IMG/VR virus record: IMGVR_UViG_3300026488_000013
Span: 64,001 to 128,000 of that record
Direction: 5' to 3' (one strand)
DNA: 64,000 nucleotides
Source of the DNA: a virus
Shown here piece after piece: positions 1-9,661 of the stretch. Below the pieces are notes generated by a model that did not search any database, was not told the DNA's origin, and saw nothing but the letters and a program-made list of their open reading frames with translations. Position 1 is the first letter of the stretch. Every line of letters begins with the position of its first letter. The translations under genes and the position numbers were made by a program.

Positions 1-1745
1 CCAGATAGGGAATGTGAAATTTCTTTAATCGCATTCTTAGGATTCGATACTAAACTGCTTGCTATAGTTTTAATTCTGCTTTTATATTCTAATATGGAAT
101 TTTTTTTAATATTTATAGGTTTATTAAAAGCAGCAACAATATCATTACTTAACTTTGCCAACTCGTTTTTAATATTAATTATCTGTTCATCTAAATTTGA
201 AGACACATGAATACTAATATATTTGTCCAAAATACTCTTACTGGAATCTGCCGCAGTGACAGACAATTGATTTCCCAAATTTTTAAATGACTCCGATATA
301 ACAGAAAGCTTACTTTCTACAGTAGAATTTAATTGTTTTACACTTTTTAACATAACATTTAAAATATCGTCTAATTTTTTATTATCATCACAAGAAATAA
401 TTTTTCCTTCAGAAATTTTATCTATTGCTTCTTGAATTTCTTTTACCTCTTTTTCAGCTATTTCGTTTAAATTTTCTAATGCGGCCTTTATGGTCTTTGG
501 GACAATTATCGATGTGTTAAAAATATAATTAAGTTTTTCCTTAACCAGATTTGATAATTCCTTAGCTTCATTCAACTTATGTTTTACATAATTTTGAATA
601 TTCGGAACTATCGATTCTATTTTATCCATAGTATCCTTTGATAGAGGTTTTAACACATCACCATTTTCCTCTTCATATTTCAGTATATCTTCCTCGGTTA
701 AATCCTCAAAATCATTATTTCCAGTTATTTTATAATGAAAATATTTTGCGAATTTAATTAAATCATCCGCCCCATTTTCAGTTAACTTTTCCTGTTTCTC
801 GTCTGGCAACTGGGATTTCAAATATAGATACTGATTTATCTTATCTTTAAGTTCTTGTGTTAATTCGTTTAATTGGTTATTTATATTCTCTTTCCTCTGA
901 TTTACAGACTGTTCTAAAGATTCGTAGTTTTCACAATACGTTTGAATTGACAATATCAATTCGTTATCTACTACAGAATTTATATTAATAATAATATCAT
1001 TTTTTATATTTGTTATAGCTTCCGGAGATTGTTCCAATAATGTTTTTATATATTCGTCAATATTGTTATATTCCGAGCCGTCTGTCTCGGAGGTATCTGT
1101 AGTAGGTAATTCTACACTTTGGAGTGCAGTGATTGTTGATTTATATATCTGTTGGTCAATATATGTATCTGGCGCCCATTGAATATTATTTAATATTGCA
1201 TTGAGATTTGGGTTTGTTCCTGCTCCGCCTCCGGATACCGGAGAACCCTGGTGTAGTTGAATAGATTTGGTCGATGTTATTTCAACTTCATCTGTCGCCC
1301 GAATTTTAATTTTTTTACCGGAACTAATTTCAACTCCTTTGTCAGATATTTTAATTCCAGATTCTCCGCCAGAGAATTTTATCTCGATAGAATTATTATT
1401 TTCATCAATTTTTATAGAATGGTTTTTTGGAGTTTGGCATATTATATAAGTCCCTTTGTTTATTACACCTTCTTTTCCAAGTTTAAACACATTGCCTTCA
1501 TATTTTCTATCAATATAACCCGAATTAATATTATCATTCTTAAATTTTATTACAACCCTCTGCCCCTCCAACAAGGGAATATATGTTCCGCTATAACTGT
1601 CTATAATATTTTTTTGCGATGCATCATAAACAACAATAGTATCATCCCCGATTAACTCCGGTATCATTACTTCGACTAAACCGTATTTATCTCCTCCATA
1701 AACTTTTTTTATTACACCTATAAACTCTCTATCTCTTAATCGCAT
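1..1745 (-). CDS. Baseplate central spike (T4 gp5/VgrG-like OB-fold and beta-repeat) with long helical C-terminal extension; partial, runs off the window edge
   Basis: Not in the ORF track. Manual translation from ATG at 1745: MRLRDREFIGVIKKVYGGDKYGLVEVMIPEL...SGTYIPLLEGQRVVIKFKNDNINSGYI (gp5 OB-fold pattern), then short beta repeats (SIKIDENNNSIEIKF, GIKISDKGVEISSG), a Gly/Pro linker and a helical region. The frame was open in every line checked, including position 1. Confidence 0.7.
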   Translation of the reverse strand, partial: MRLRDREFIGVIKKVYGGDKYGLVEVMIPELIGDDTIVVYDASQKNIIDSYSGTYIPLLEGQRVVIKFKNDNINSGYIDRKYEGNVFKLGKEGVINKGTYIICQTPKNHSIKIDENNNSIEIKFSGGESGIKISDKGVEISSGKKIKIRATDEVEITSTKSIQLHQGSPVSGGGAGTNPNLNAILNNIQWAPDTYIDQQIYKSTITALQSVELPTTDTSETDGSEYNNIDEYIKTLLEQSPEAITNIKNDIIININSVVDNELILSIQTYCENYESLEQSVNQRKENINNQLNELTQELKDKINQYLYLKSQLPDEKQEKLTENGADDLIKFAKYFHYKITGNNDFEDLTEEDILKYEEENGDVLKPLSKDTMDKIESIVPNIQNYVKHKLNEAKELSNLVKEKLNYIFNTSIIVPKTIKAALENLNEIAEKEVKEIQEAIDKISEGKIISCDDNKKLDDILNVMLKSVKQLNSTVESKLSVISESFKNLGNQLSVTAADSSKSILDKYISIHVSSNLDEQIINIKNELAKLSNDIVAAFNKPINIKKNSILEYKSRIKTIASSLVSNPKNAIKEISHSLS

Positions 1746-1799
1746 AATTATTTTTGGTTAGCTTTCTAAATTGAATGGAAGAAAGAAAAAAATTTAATA

Positions 1800-2837
1800 T
1801 TAAACCAATTTTAGAATTTCTTTTTCCAGAATATCTGTTTTATCCGGAACATTAATTATACCTGAGACCATCGATTGGGGATATTTGGAAAGTATTAATG
1901 ACACTATGAAGTGGAATAAACTATTGAATATAAAATGATAGAAGTTTTTAAATATACTTGAATGGACTTTAACAAATTCGTTAATTGGGATTAGATATAA
2001 ACCCAAATTCTTAAGTAAAATGGGAAGTTGGTTTATATTTTTATATTGGTTTATTCCTATTTGGAGAAGTTCGACCACGACCGATTTCCGTTTTACTTCC
2101 AAAATATCACTTAATTCGGTCAAATATCTGTCCCAGTCTTTAACAACGTAATATTGGTTAGTTAATACACCGGCGATAGACAATTTAATCAAATCATTGT
2201 CATTAGCATTTTTAAAGTTTTTAAACACAGTTTTTATAAACTCCGAATATATTTCTGTTAATTCGGGTATTACATTAAAAGGTGATTCAAAATATTTATA
2301 ATTAGCTATCATTACTTTTAATAATTTTGCACCATATATCGAATAATACAAATCGGGTGCAGAGGATTCTATCTCAGACATTGCAACCGAATATAATTGA
2401 TTTACAAACTTTAATTCTTCTTCCGACAAATCATCGGGCGATTCTATCTTGGATTGTCTGGAGTTAATAATATTAAACAGTTTCGAATATCTCAAATTAT
2501 CAAGAATTACATAGGGATATATCGCATCTATATCCTCACTCGCCGGCATATGGGAGTAATATAATATTCTTAAAGGAAAAATATTTCTGGATACAAACGC
2601 TAAATTTATCTCGGCGGTTTTTAATACATCATTTACTATCTTATTGACATGGGTGGCCGAAACCTTCTTTGAATAAGCATTTATTATATTTAAAAATTCC
2701 TCTTCAAAATTATGACCTAACGATTTTAAAAAATCCGCCCTTATTATTTCTATTAAATGTTTTTTCAAAGCTTCTTGTAAAATCTTATAATCTAATTGAA
2801 CATAATCGAGATTTTTAAATTTTGCCTGCACCGCCAT
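1800..2837 (-). CDS. Hypothetical protein (345 aa)
   Basis: Long ORF with GGAG upstream; no recognisable motif. Confidence 0.6.
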   Translation of the reverse strand: MAVQAKFKNLDYVQLDYKILQEALKKHLIEIIRADFLKSLGHNFEEEFLNIINAYSKKVSATHVNKIVNDVLKTAEINLAFVSRNIFPLRILYYSHMPASEDIDAIYPYVILDNLRYSKLFNIINSRQSKIESPDDLSEEELKFVNQLYSVAMSEIESSAPDLYYSIYGAKLLKVMIANYKYFESPFNVIPELTEIYSEFIKTVFKNFKNANDNDLIKLSIAGVLTNQYYVVKDWDRYLTELSDILEVKRKSVVVELLQIGINQYKNINQLPILLKNLGLYLIPINEFVKVHSSIFKNFYHFIFNSLFHFIVSLILSKYPQSMVSGIINVPDKTDILEKEILKLV

Positions 2838-2856
2838 TTTGTTCTCCAGCTACTTT

Positions 2857-3069
2857 TTATTTTTTATAAAACTTTTGAAGCTGAAACATTAAACGGTTTT
2901 TCATATATTGTTTCAGTCCCGGTATATGCGTTCGTTTTAAATTATGTAGAGTTGATTGAGCTTTAATAAATCTCTGGTGAGAATTAACATATGTTTTTAA
3001 TGGTATTTGGTAAGTATTACTGGCTCGAGTAAATTTATTCGCTAAAAGCTTAAATAAACTCCCATACAT
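2857..3069 (-). CDS. Small basic hypothetical protein (70 aa)
   Basis: Fills the gap between co-oriented genes; K/R/H-rich. Confidence 0.5.
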   Translation of the reverse strand: MYGSLFKLLANKFTRASNTYQIPLKTYVNSHQRFIKAQSTLHNLKRTHIPGLKQYMKNRLMFQLQKFYKK

Positions 3070-3098
3070 TTTCGCACTGTTAGTTAATACTACACCGA

Positions 3099-4268
3099 TT
3101 ATTTTCTCTTAAATATATGAATATCCAATCTTATATTCCCGTTTTTAAAATCAGATATAACATCAGGTGAAATTACATTTTTATCCAACCTTAAATGCTT
3201 TTCCAATTTATTGCTGTTAATTTCTTCGATAATAAAGTCGTTATTTAAATTCGAATAAAGATTTGAATTCACTGGAATAAAACATCCATATTTATCAGTA
3301 TTGGATAAACTGTCAACATCTAATGAAAATTTAAGTGTTAGGAATCGTTCATCCTCATTAATAATATTTTCATTAGTAAAATACGTCGAAATAACATAAC
3401 TGGATAAAGAATACTGGGAAGAATAATTTTTGTAAATGTCTATTGGGGTGTATGATGTTGCGGCCGTTGCAAAATATCTGTATTCATTATATGGTGCAAT
3501 TCGCAATGTTATTTTATCAGGATATGATGTTCCTATTACAATTAACTGTATCGGCAATTCTAAAATAACATTAAACGATATTTCAATTTTTGAATACAAT
3601 GAAGATTGCAGAAGGTCTCTTTTTTGAGAATTATCTATGTTATCGGCTACCTGCACCAGCGGCCGCATTTCAAAAGGTGCAAAAACTATATTACTTTTCC
3701 CGGTAATATAATCTGTATTTACATACAAATAATAAATTTCATCATTTTCCAAGTCCCAATCTGGTAAATTATCCTCGAAATTATATAGGGGAATAAACGA
3801 TATTATTTTCGATGTTGGCGACGGAAAATAAAAATATGAACCCGGAGGAAATAAACTTTGCAACACATGCTTTATTTGGACAGCGTTTAGATTTGAATTA
3901 TCAAAAATCCTCATTGTGAAATTAAATTGAAATAGTTGATTTGATGCCAATATGGCCTGATTCTTAGTTTCATTGACACATATATATTGTTCAAACACAT
4001 TATTTCCAAACGGGGCCGCACTTACAATTGGTATTCTATTGAATTGTTCTACTGGGTAAAAGTCGCTTACCTCAAAAAATACTTTCCTCGGAATATTAAT
4101 TTGTTTTTCATCCAATAATTTTTTAATGGTAAATGTATAATCTGAGAATGAATATTCAATTACCGGGAAATAATCGTATCCAAAGAATTTATTGAGACCC
4201 GCACTAAAATTTACAAAAAAATCTTTTAATATCTGGTATATAGGTATAAAAAACCTGCCCGAATCCAT
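3099..4268 (-). CDS. Hypothetical protein, possibly virion neck/tail-completion
   Basis: 389-aa beta-rich ORF; function guessed from composition and context only. Confidence 0.4.
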   Translation of the reverse strand: MDSGRFFIPIYQILKDFFVNFSAGLNKFFGYDYFPVIEYSFSDYTFTIKKLLDEKQINIPRKVFFEVSDFYPVEQFNRIPIVSAAPFGNNVFEQYICVNETKNQAILASNQLFQFNFTMRIFDNSNLNAVQIKHVLQSLFPPGSYFYFPSPTSKIISFIPLYNFEDNLPDWDLENDEIYYLYVNTDYITGKSNIVFAPFEMRPLVQVADNIDNSQKRDLLQSSLYSKIEISFNVILELPIQLIVIGTSYPDKITLRIAPYNEYRYFATAATSYTPIDIYKNYSSQYSLSSYVISTYFTNENIINEDERFLTLKFSLDVDSLSNTDKYGCFIPVNSNLYSNLNNDFIIEEINSNKLEKHLRLDKNVISPDVISDFKNGNIRLDIHIFKRK

Positions 4269-4343
4269 ACTATAAAAAATTGATGAATTTAGCCCGGAAA
4301 AAGAAAGATAGAGAAACTTAAAAACACGAAAGAATAATATTTA

Positions 4344-4751
4344 TCATTCCAATTCTTCTTCTATCATAAACGCTTCTTTTAATACCTTACCTGCATACTC
4401 CTCATTTTCCATTATTTGAGATACCAAAATGTCTCCAATTATTTCTTCGGTCAATATTTCACTAACTTTCTTAACAAATTTAGCTAATTCATTTTCACTA
4501 ACATCTTGGGGTGGGTCGTCGCTTTCAAATATTGCTTCACCTTTATTTATATCAATTCCTAAATCTTGTGCCGCCGTTTCAAGGATAACATTTCTAAACT
4601 TATTATCTTGTATAAATTTTGTTAAATTTTCTTCTATAATCTTATTAACCAACTCTTGGTTAATTATTTCGACCACATTTTCCTGTAATAGTTTTTTTTC
4701 TATTTCTTTTAATGTTTTATCTACTACTTGTTCTAAAATTTTGGTATTCAT
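4344..4751 (-). CDS. Acidic protein, putative prohead core/scaffold component
   Basis: Strong RBS (AAGGAGG); several hydrophobic-x-E motifs (LLQEN, IIEEN, ILET, IFES) like those in the head proteins at 23-29 kb. Confidence 0.45.
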   Translation of the reverse strand: MNTKILEQVVDKTLKEIEKKLLQENVVEIINQELVNKIIEENLTKFIQDNKFRNVILETAAQDLGIDINKGEAIFESDDPPQDVSENELAKFVKKVSEILTEEIIGDILVSQIMENEEYAGKVLKEAFMIEEELE

Positions 4752-4888
4752 TTTATTTACCTCCTTTTTATTTTTTTAAAGAGGAAAAAGCTGAGTTTCA
4801 TATTCAAATGTATCACATAAAATAAAAATAATTCAAATGATAAAAGGTAATTGATGAATTTGGATTTTCTGATGAAGTTATATTTATC

Positions 4889-6100
4889 TTATTTGGTTAT
4901 ATCTATTAATTTAGTAAACTCTACATTTAGCAATTGTAAATGCTCCGCAATATTGTAAAATCTGCCAATTGGTTTTGGGTTATTTAATTTGAAATCAATA
5001 ATTTTATCAATATGTTTATTAATAAATTTTTCTGCGGCGGTTATATCATAAGCCGGTGCAATATATGATGTAATTTCATTTATTTTATCTATTACCACTT
5101 CTTTTTCATTATACAACTTGTTTATTACACCAAGATATTTAGTCATTACCAGTTCTTTATTCTGGAGAAGTTTATTAATTCCGTCCGTAATGGTATTAAC
5201 ATTTATAGCTGAATAATCACCATGTGGTAATAGCAATATCTCATTCATCAAAAACACCCTGTTTAACTCATTCCCAATATCATACAAAAATATTCCCATA
5301 TCATTGTTTACTAAAAAATCGCCAATTATTCCAGATAAATATTCTTTAACCATACTTAGGATTAGAACATCATCTTCATTTTTTATTATTTTATCACACC
5401 TATTACATTTTGGTAATTTGGTTAGCATAAAATCTGGATGGAAAATTATATGGTCTTTACTTTTACTAAGCTCCGCAGCATATTTATAAAATTCTAAAAC
5501 TATCGTATCATAATTTTGTTCTAACAATTCTTCAGTTTTTTCCTGTTCCACAACCGCCGCCTTATAAATATCGTCTACAAAATTATTTATTTCAATATCA
5601 TTTTTTTCTTCACTTTCTATTTTTATTTCATTTTTATAATTTGATTTATTTTCTTCACTAAAATTGCCCCTATCATTGCATTCAACAGAATTTTCAAATT
5701 CATATCTTGAAATTATAAAATCAATTCCCCTTTCCAATTTTAAAATTAGTTTTAATAATTCATTTAAATTTTTAATTTTAAAAATTAATTTTCCTTTTTT
5801 ATTATTTTTCACGTTTTTAAATAATATTGCAAATTTATAAATTTCATTTTCATAATTTATTTTGATTTTAAATTTTATTTCCAAATTTGAATTAACTTTT
5901 TCAAAATTCTTTATTTTTTTATTTTTTAAAATTTCTAAAGAAATTAAACTTTCTAATATTTTTAATTCAAAAATTAATTCATTTAAAAATTTGTATTCCA
6001 AATTAAAATCATTTATTTCCAATTCTTTAATTTTATCAATTAAAGTAATTAGTTCATTATTTAATTTTTTTTCAATAACCCGATTTAAAGTTTCCAACAT
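4889..6100 (-). CDS. Hypothetical protein (403 aa)
   Basis: Long ORF; K/I/N/L-rich N-terminus encoded by A-tract DNA; one CxxC (CNRC). Confidence 0.6.
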   Translation of the reverse strand: MLETLNRVIEKKLNNELITLIDKIKELEINDFNLEYKFLNELIFELKILESLISLEILKNKKIKNFEKVNSNLEIKFKIKINYENEIYKFAILFKNVKNNKKGKLIFKIKNLNELLKLILKLERGIDFIISRYEFENSVECNDRGNFSEENKSNYKNEIKIESEEKNDIEINNFVDDIYKAAVVEQEKTEELLEQNYDTIVLEFYKYAAELSKSKDHIIFHPDFMLTKLPKCNRCDKIIKNEDDVLILSMVKEYLSGIIGDFLVNNDMGIFLYDIGNELNRVFLMNEILLLPHGDYSAINVNTITDGINKLLQNKELVMTKYLGVINKLYNEKEVVIDKINEITSYIAPAYDITAAEKFINKHIDKIIDFKLNNPKPIGRFYNIAEHLQLLNVEFTKLIDITK

Positions 6101-6157
6101 AAATTAAATATTTCCCATATTAATTTTTTTTCTTTTAAAAGAGGAAATATATTTTTC

Positions 6158-6276
6158 CACATAATTCTTAAATAAATATTCTTTCAGAAATTAATTTGTT
6201 CCACAAATATGTATCTTATATAATAGGTATCTCTTTTATTTATATCTTTATCTGATGGATGTATAATTCCATTTGT
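6158..6276. repeat. 119-bp dispersed intergenic element, copy 1
   Basis: CACATAATTCTTAAATAAATATTCTTTCAGAAATTAATTTGTTCC...GATGTATAATTCCATTTGT; aligns without gaps to 23039, 49480 and 57447. Confidence 0.95.
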
Positions 6277-6426
6277 TTTAGATATTAAATGTAGCTTGTT
6301 AGAAAAGTTAACTTTGAAACCAATTTATAAGAAGTTTATAAGAAGGTAAACAAAATTAACTTTAATAACATAATTGTATGAATAAAAAATAAATTAACTT
6401 TAGTATTATAACTCTATTATACAGTA

Positions 6427-6476
6427 GTATCTTCTCCTATAGTAATTATACCCAACGGATGTATATAATTATTTGT
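6427..6476. repeat. ~50-bp satellite module B, related to the 3' half of the 119-bp element
   Basis: GTATCTTCTCCTATAGTAATTATACCCAACGGATGTATATAATTATTTG; near-identical to 23339-23387 and similar to 57769-57818. Confidence 0.85.
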
Positions 6477-6509
6477 CTTTAACACAAGAAGCATTTATGT
6501 CATATTTAT

Positions 6510-7478
6510 ATGGATATTTTGGACTTTATGATGGTAGAAAAAACATTAGAAACCAAAATTAACGAATTGCTAGGAAAATTAGATTTAGCTAAAAAACTGT
6601 ATGAAGAAGGTTTGGAAAAGAATAAAGAAGAAATTTCAAAATTAATTGTAGAAATTTGGGAAGGTCTTTTATACTTACAAAATTATCAAAATGTAATTAT
6701 AACCGGGAAGGAAAATTGGCATAAGGAATTAATAAAAGATATTCCACAGTTAGCGATTAGAAATTTAGCTATAATTGAGGAGTTTGGCGAAGCTGCGGAA
6801 TCTTTAAAATATCATTGGTGGAAAAAATCAAAACATATAGATTTTCAGCGGAAATTATATAATATTGACTATTGGTTAGATATTAAAAACAACTTTTTCA
6901 TGGAGCTGGTAGATATTACACATTTTGTTTTAACGTCCGCAATTCCAATATTAATAAAAGAAGAAGTGATAGATAAGGAAAAAATAAAAATAACAGATGA
7001 GGCGGTTAGAAAAATAACAGAGAAAATTGTTATACACGAATTATGTAGAGATTACACTCCAGATGAATTAGATATAGCAACATTTTTAAATTCTTTGATT
7101 TTTATAACCAGCCCGCTATATGCGATTCCAAAATACTTTTATACTAAACAAACTAAGGAAAAAGAACCCATAATAAAACTACCAGTCGTCTCTTTATACT
7201 ATCTAACTGCATTCATTTCGTATACCAAAACATTTAAACATTTTTATAATTTAGTCGCCGTTTATATATCCAAAATGGTTTTGAATGTATTTAGACAAAG
7301 AAATGGATATAAAGAAGGAACTTATATTAAAATTTGGGACATAGATAAAAAATTGGAGGATAATTATTACTTAACAAATGTAATTCTTCCGAAATTAATT
7401 GGCGGAGGACGCTTATCATATCAAAATCTGTTATCTGAGTTAGAACAAAAATATAAAGAGGTAATCGATAATAACTGA
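6510..7478 (+). CDS. dut: Dimeric all-alpha dUTPase (Campylobacter-type, dUTPase_2 family)
   Basis: Motifs EEFGEAAES..HWWKK, MELVDITHF, YISKMVLNVFRQRNGYKEGTYIKIW, EDNYYL. Confidence 0.9.
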   Translation: MDILDFMMVEKTLETKINELLGKLDLAKKLYEEGLEKNKEEISKLIVEIWEGLLYLQNYQNVIITGKENWHKELIKDIPQLAIRNLAIIEEFGEAAESLKYHWWKKSKHIDFQRKLYNIDYWLDIKNNFFMELVDITHFVLTSAIPILIKEEVIDKEKIKITDEAVRKITEKIVIHELCRDYTPDELDIATFLNSLIFITSPLYAIPKYFYTKQTKEKEPIIKLPVVSLYYLTAFISYTKTFKHFYNLVAVYISKMVLNVFRQRNGYKEGTYIKIWDIDKKLEDNYYLTNVILPKLIGGGRLSYQNLLSELEQKYKEVIDNN

Positions 7479-7515
7479 AAAGAAAAAATATATTATTTTT
7501 CTAATTTATTTTTTC

Positions 7516-9657
7516 TTGCTGTTTCATATTATTTACAATCTATGGATATTAATGTATGCTATGGAAGGTATGGAGCGACCCGAAAAAGTGGTTTCATTAG
7601 GTGTGAGAGCCATAGGTTTTTACAATACAACCGATAGTAGCAGGCTCCATATGATAGCCAAATATATGCCATTTCAAGCAGTTCCTTTTGAACATAACGA
7701 AGTGCCTCGCCTCATACCCATCGATTTAATAGATATTGCAAATTATTCCAATACGGGTGAGTTTATATACATCGCAGAAGATGATGGAAAAGTTATCTAT
7801 TCTGACAATGATGTAATATTAATAAAACTTAATTCCAATGTTTACAAAATATTTTATACACCAAAATATAAATATCTGTTCGATACATTTGGAACCAAAT
7901 TAAAAAGAAAACTGAAAACCGGGGATGCATTTAAAAAAGGTGATGTTATTTTCGAATATCATGGATTCGAAAATGGAATACCAACGCCTGGATACAATAT
8001 GAAAATCATGATAGGAACTTTAAATTTTCTAAATTTTGAGGACGCTGTTATAGTATCTGAGAGTTTCGCTAAAAAAGTTGGTTGGTATATGTATAAGGAA
8101 TATATAATTCCTGTTTATGTTCATACTAAAATTAAGAAATTGCCTAAGGCGGGCGAAATATATAAAGAAGGAGATACCATACTTGAAATAGAAGAGAATA
8201 GAATATACTTCCAAGCATATAAGAATGTAGATATGATAAGAACGAAATCTTCTAGAAAAAGCGGCAACAATAAAGGCTTTATTAAAAAACTAAATAAAAC
8301 TATTAATGATTTGATGAAAACATTAGAGGATGAAAAATATGCTATAAAAAAATCCTCAATAGTGATAGAGGATGCAGAAGAGGCAGAAATCTACAAAGTA
8401 GAAGCAATACCTATTAGAGCAGATAAATTGATATTTTGGGATGATGATACTAATAAAATGTTAGAAGAATTATCAAAAGAAACGTATTTAAAAAAATATA
8501 AAGAAGTATTAAAAGGTATCAAAGAAAATCTAGATACTAAACTGTCTGAGGAAAAAATAAATAATAAAATAGTCAAAAAGGTTTTCCATGTTAGTAAACG
8601 AAATCCGATAAACATATTACAAAATAAAGCATATTTAGGGTATATATTGAGAATAATAGTTGTTAGCAAAGTAAGATTTAAACCTGGGGATAAAATATCG
8701 ACGATGGGTGCAAATAAAGGAGTGAGTGCTATAGTTGTCCCGGACGAATTAATGCCAGAGATAAAAGAAACGGGCGAGCCGATAGACATGGTTATATCCC
8801 CAATGGCAACTCCCTCCAGAATGAACATAAATCACATATATGAATTTTGGATAAATAAGCTGTTATTATGGATTGAGAACAAAATTAAATCATATAGAGA
8901 TATGAATTCCGAAGAAATTGATAATGTATTAGAATTATTGATTGAAATAGCTGAAATGTTATACAGGGCTGCCCCTGAAGAAGATAAGGAGTATTTTAAA
9001 ATACAATTAAACGAATTCCTTGAAATAAAGGACAATATAGTGAAAAAAGAAGAGTTCATCAATAAAATAAGAAACGGTGAAAAAATACGATTGTTTATAC
9101 CATCTTTTAAAGAACCTGACGCATTTGATATAGAAGACATTAGAAAATTATTTCTCAAATATAATATTCCCGAACATATGGAATTAGTTTTTAAACCAAA
9201 ACAATTATTTAATCACATAACAAAAAGAGATAATGAATATCTTCCAGATGAACTTATTTTAGAATGTTCAGTATCGGAAATGTATATGTTAAATCTGAAA
9301 CATATATCTAAATTAAAAATGAATGCCAGAGCTACCGGCAAATACTCTAGAACAACCTTACTGCCGCCCAGAGGCAGAAAGAAACATGGCGGTTCCAGAA
9401 TAGGTAATGATGAAGTTGCAATATTATTCTCATACGATTCTATGCCAGTAATAACAGAAATGCTGAAAATAAAAGCAGACGACCATATAAACAAAGTAAG
9501 AATGATACATTATGCGGAGCTAGGGCAATCTTTTAGTATAAAGAATATGAAAGATACGGATACCGTCATAACATCAATATTAGAAAACGCACTTAATACA
9601 CAGGGAATATCTATTGAAAAAATAACTAAGGACAAAAAGTTATTTAAATCCATATAA
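7516..9657 (+). CDS. rpoB: Multisubunit RNA polymerase beta subunit, C-terminal half (likely start ATG 7552-7570)
   Basis: DSSRLHM..QAVP (cf. DANRALMGSNMQRQAVP), NFEDAVIVSE, GDKISTMGANKGV, PSRMN, LKH, ARATGKYS..PPRGRKKHGGSRIGNDE. The N-terminal half of beta is absent. Confidence 0.93.
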   Translation: MLFHIIYNLWILMYAMEGMERPEKVVSLGVRAIGFYNTTDSSRLHMIAKYMPFQAVPFEHNEVPRLIPIDLIDIANYSNTGEFIYIAEDDGKVIYSDNDVILIKLNSNVYKIFYTPKYKYLFDTFGTKLKRKLKTGDAFKKGDVIFEYHGFENGIPTPGYNMKIMIGTLNFLNFEDAVIVSESFAKKVGWYMYKEYIIPVYVHTKIKKLPKAGEIYKEGDTILEIEENRIYFQAYKNVDMIRTKSSRKSGNNKGFIKKLNKTINDLMKTLEDEKYAIKKSSIVIEDAEEAEIYKVEAIPIRADKLIFWDDDTNKMLEELSKETYLKKYKEVLKGIKENLDTKLSEEKINNKIVKKVFHVSKRNPINILQNKAYLGYILRIIVVSKVRFKPGDKISTMGANKGVSAIVVPDELMPEIKETGEPIDMVISPMATPSRMNINHIYEFWINKLLLWIENKIKSYRDMNSEEIDNVLELLIEIAEMLYRAAPEEDKEYFKIQLNEFLEIKDNIVKKEEFINKIRNGEKIRLFIPSFKEPDAFDIEDIRKLFLKYNIPEHMELVFKPKQLFNHITKRDNEYLPDELILECSVSEMYMLNLKHISKLKMNARATGKYSRTTLLPPRGRKKHGGSRIGNDEVAILFSYDSMPVITEMLKIKADDHINKVRMIHYAELGQSFSIKNMKDTDTVITSILENALNTQGISIEKITKDKKLFKSI

Positions 9658-9661
9658 CACT

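Noticed and set aside
1257-1655. Plus-strand ORFs 1257-1655 and 1267-1449, and the many other short antisense ORFs in the track
   Set aside because: They are shadows of longer opposite-strand genes with recognisable motifs; F/S/I/L-rich antisense composition and no RBS.
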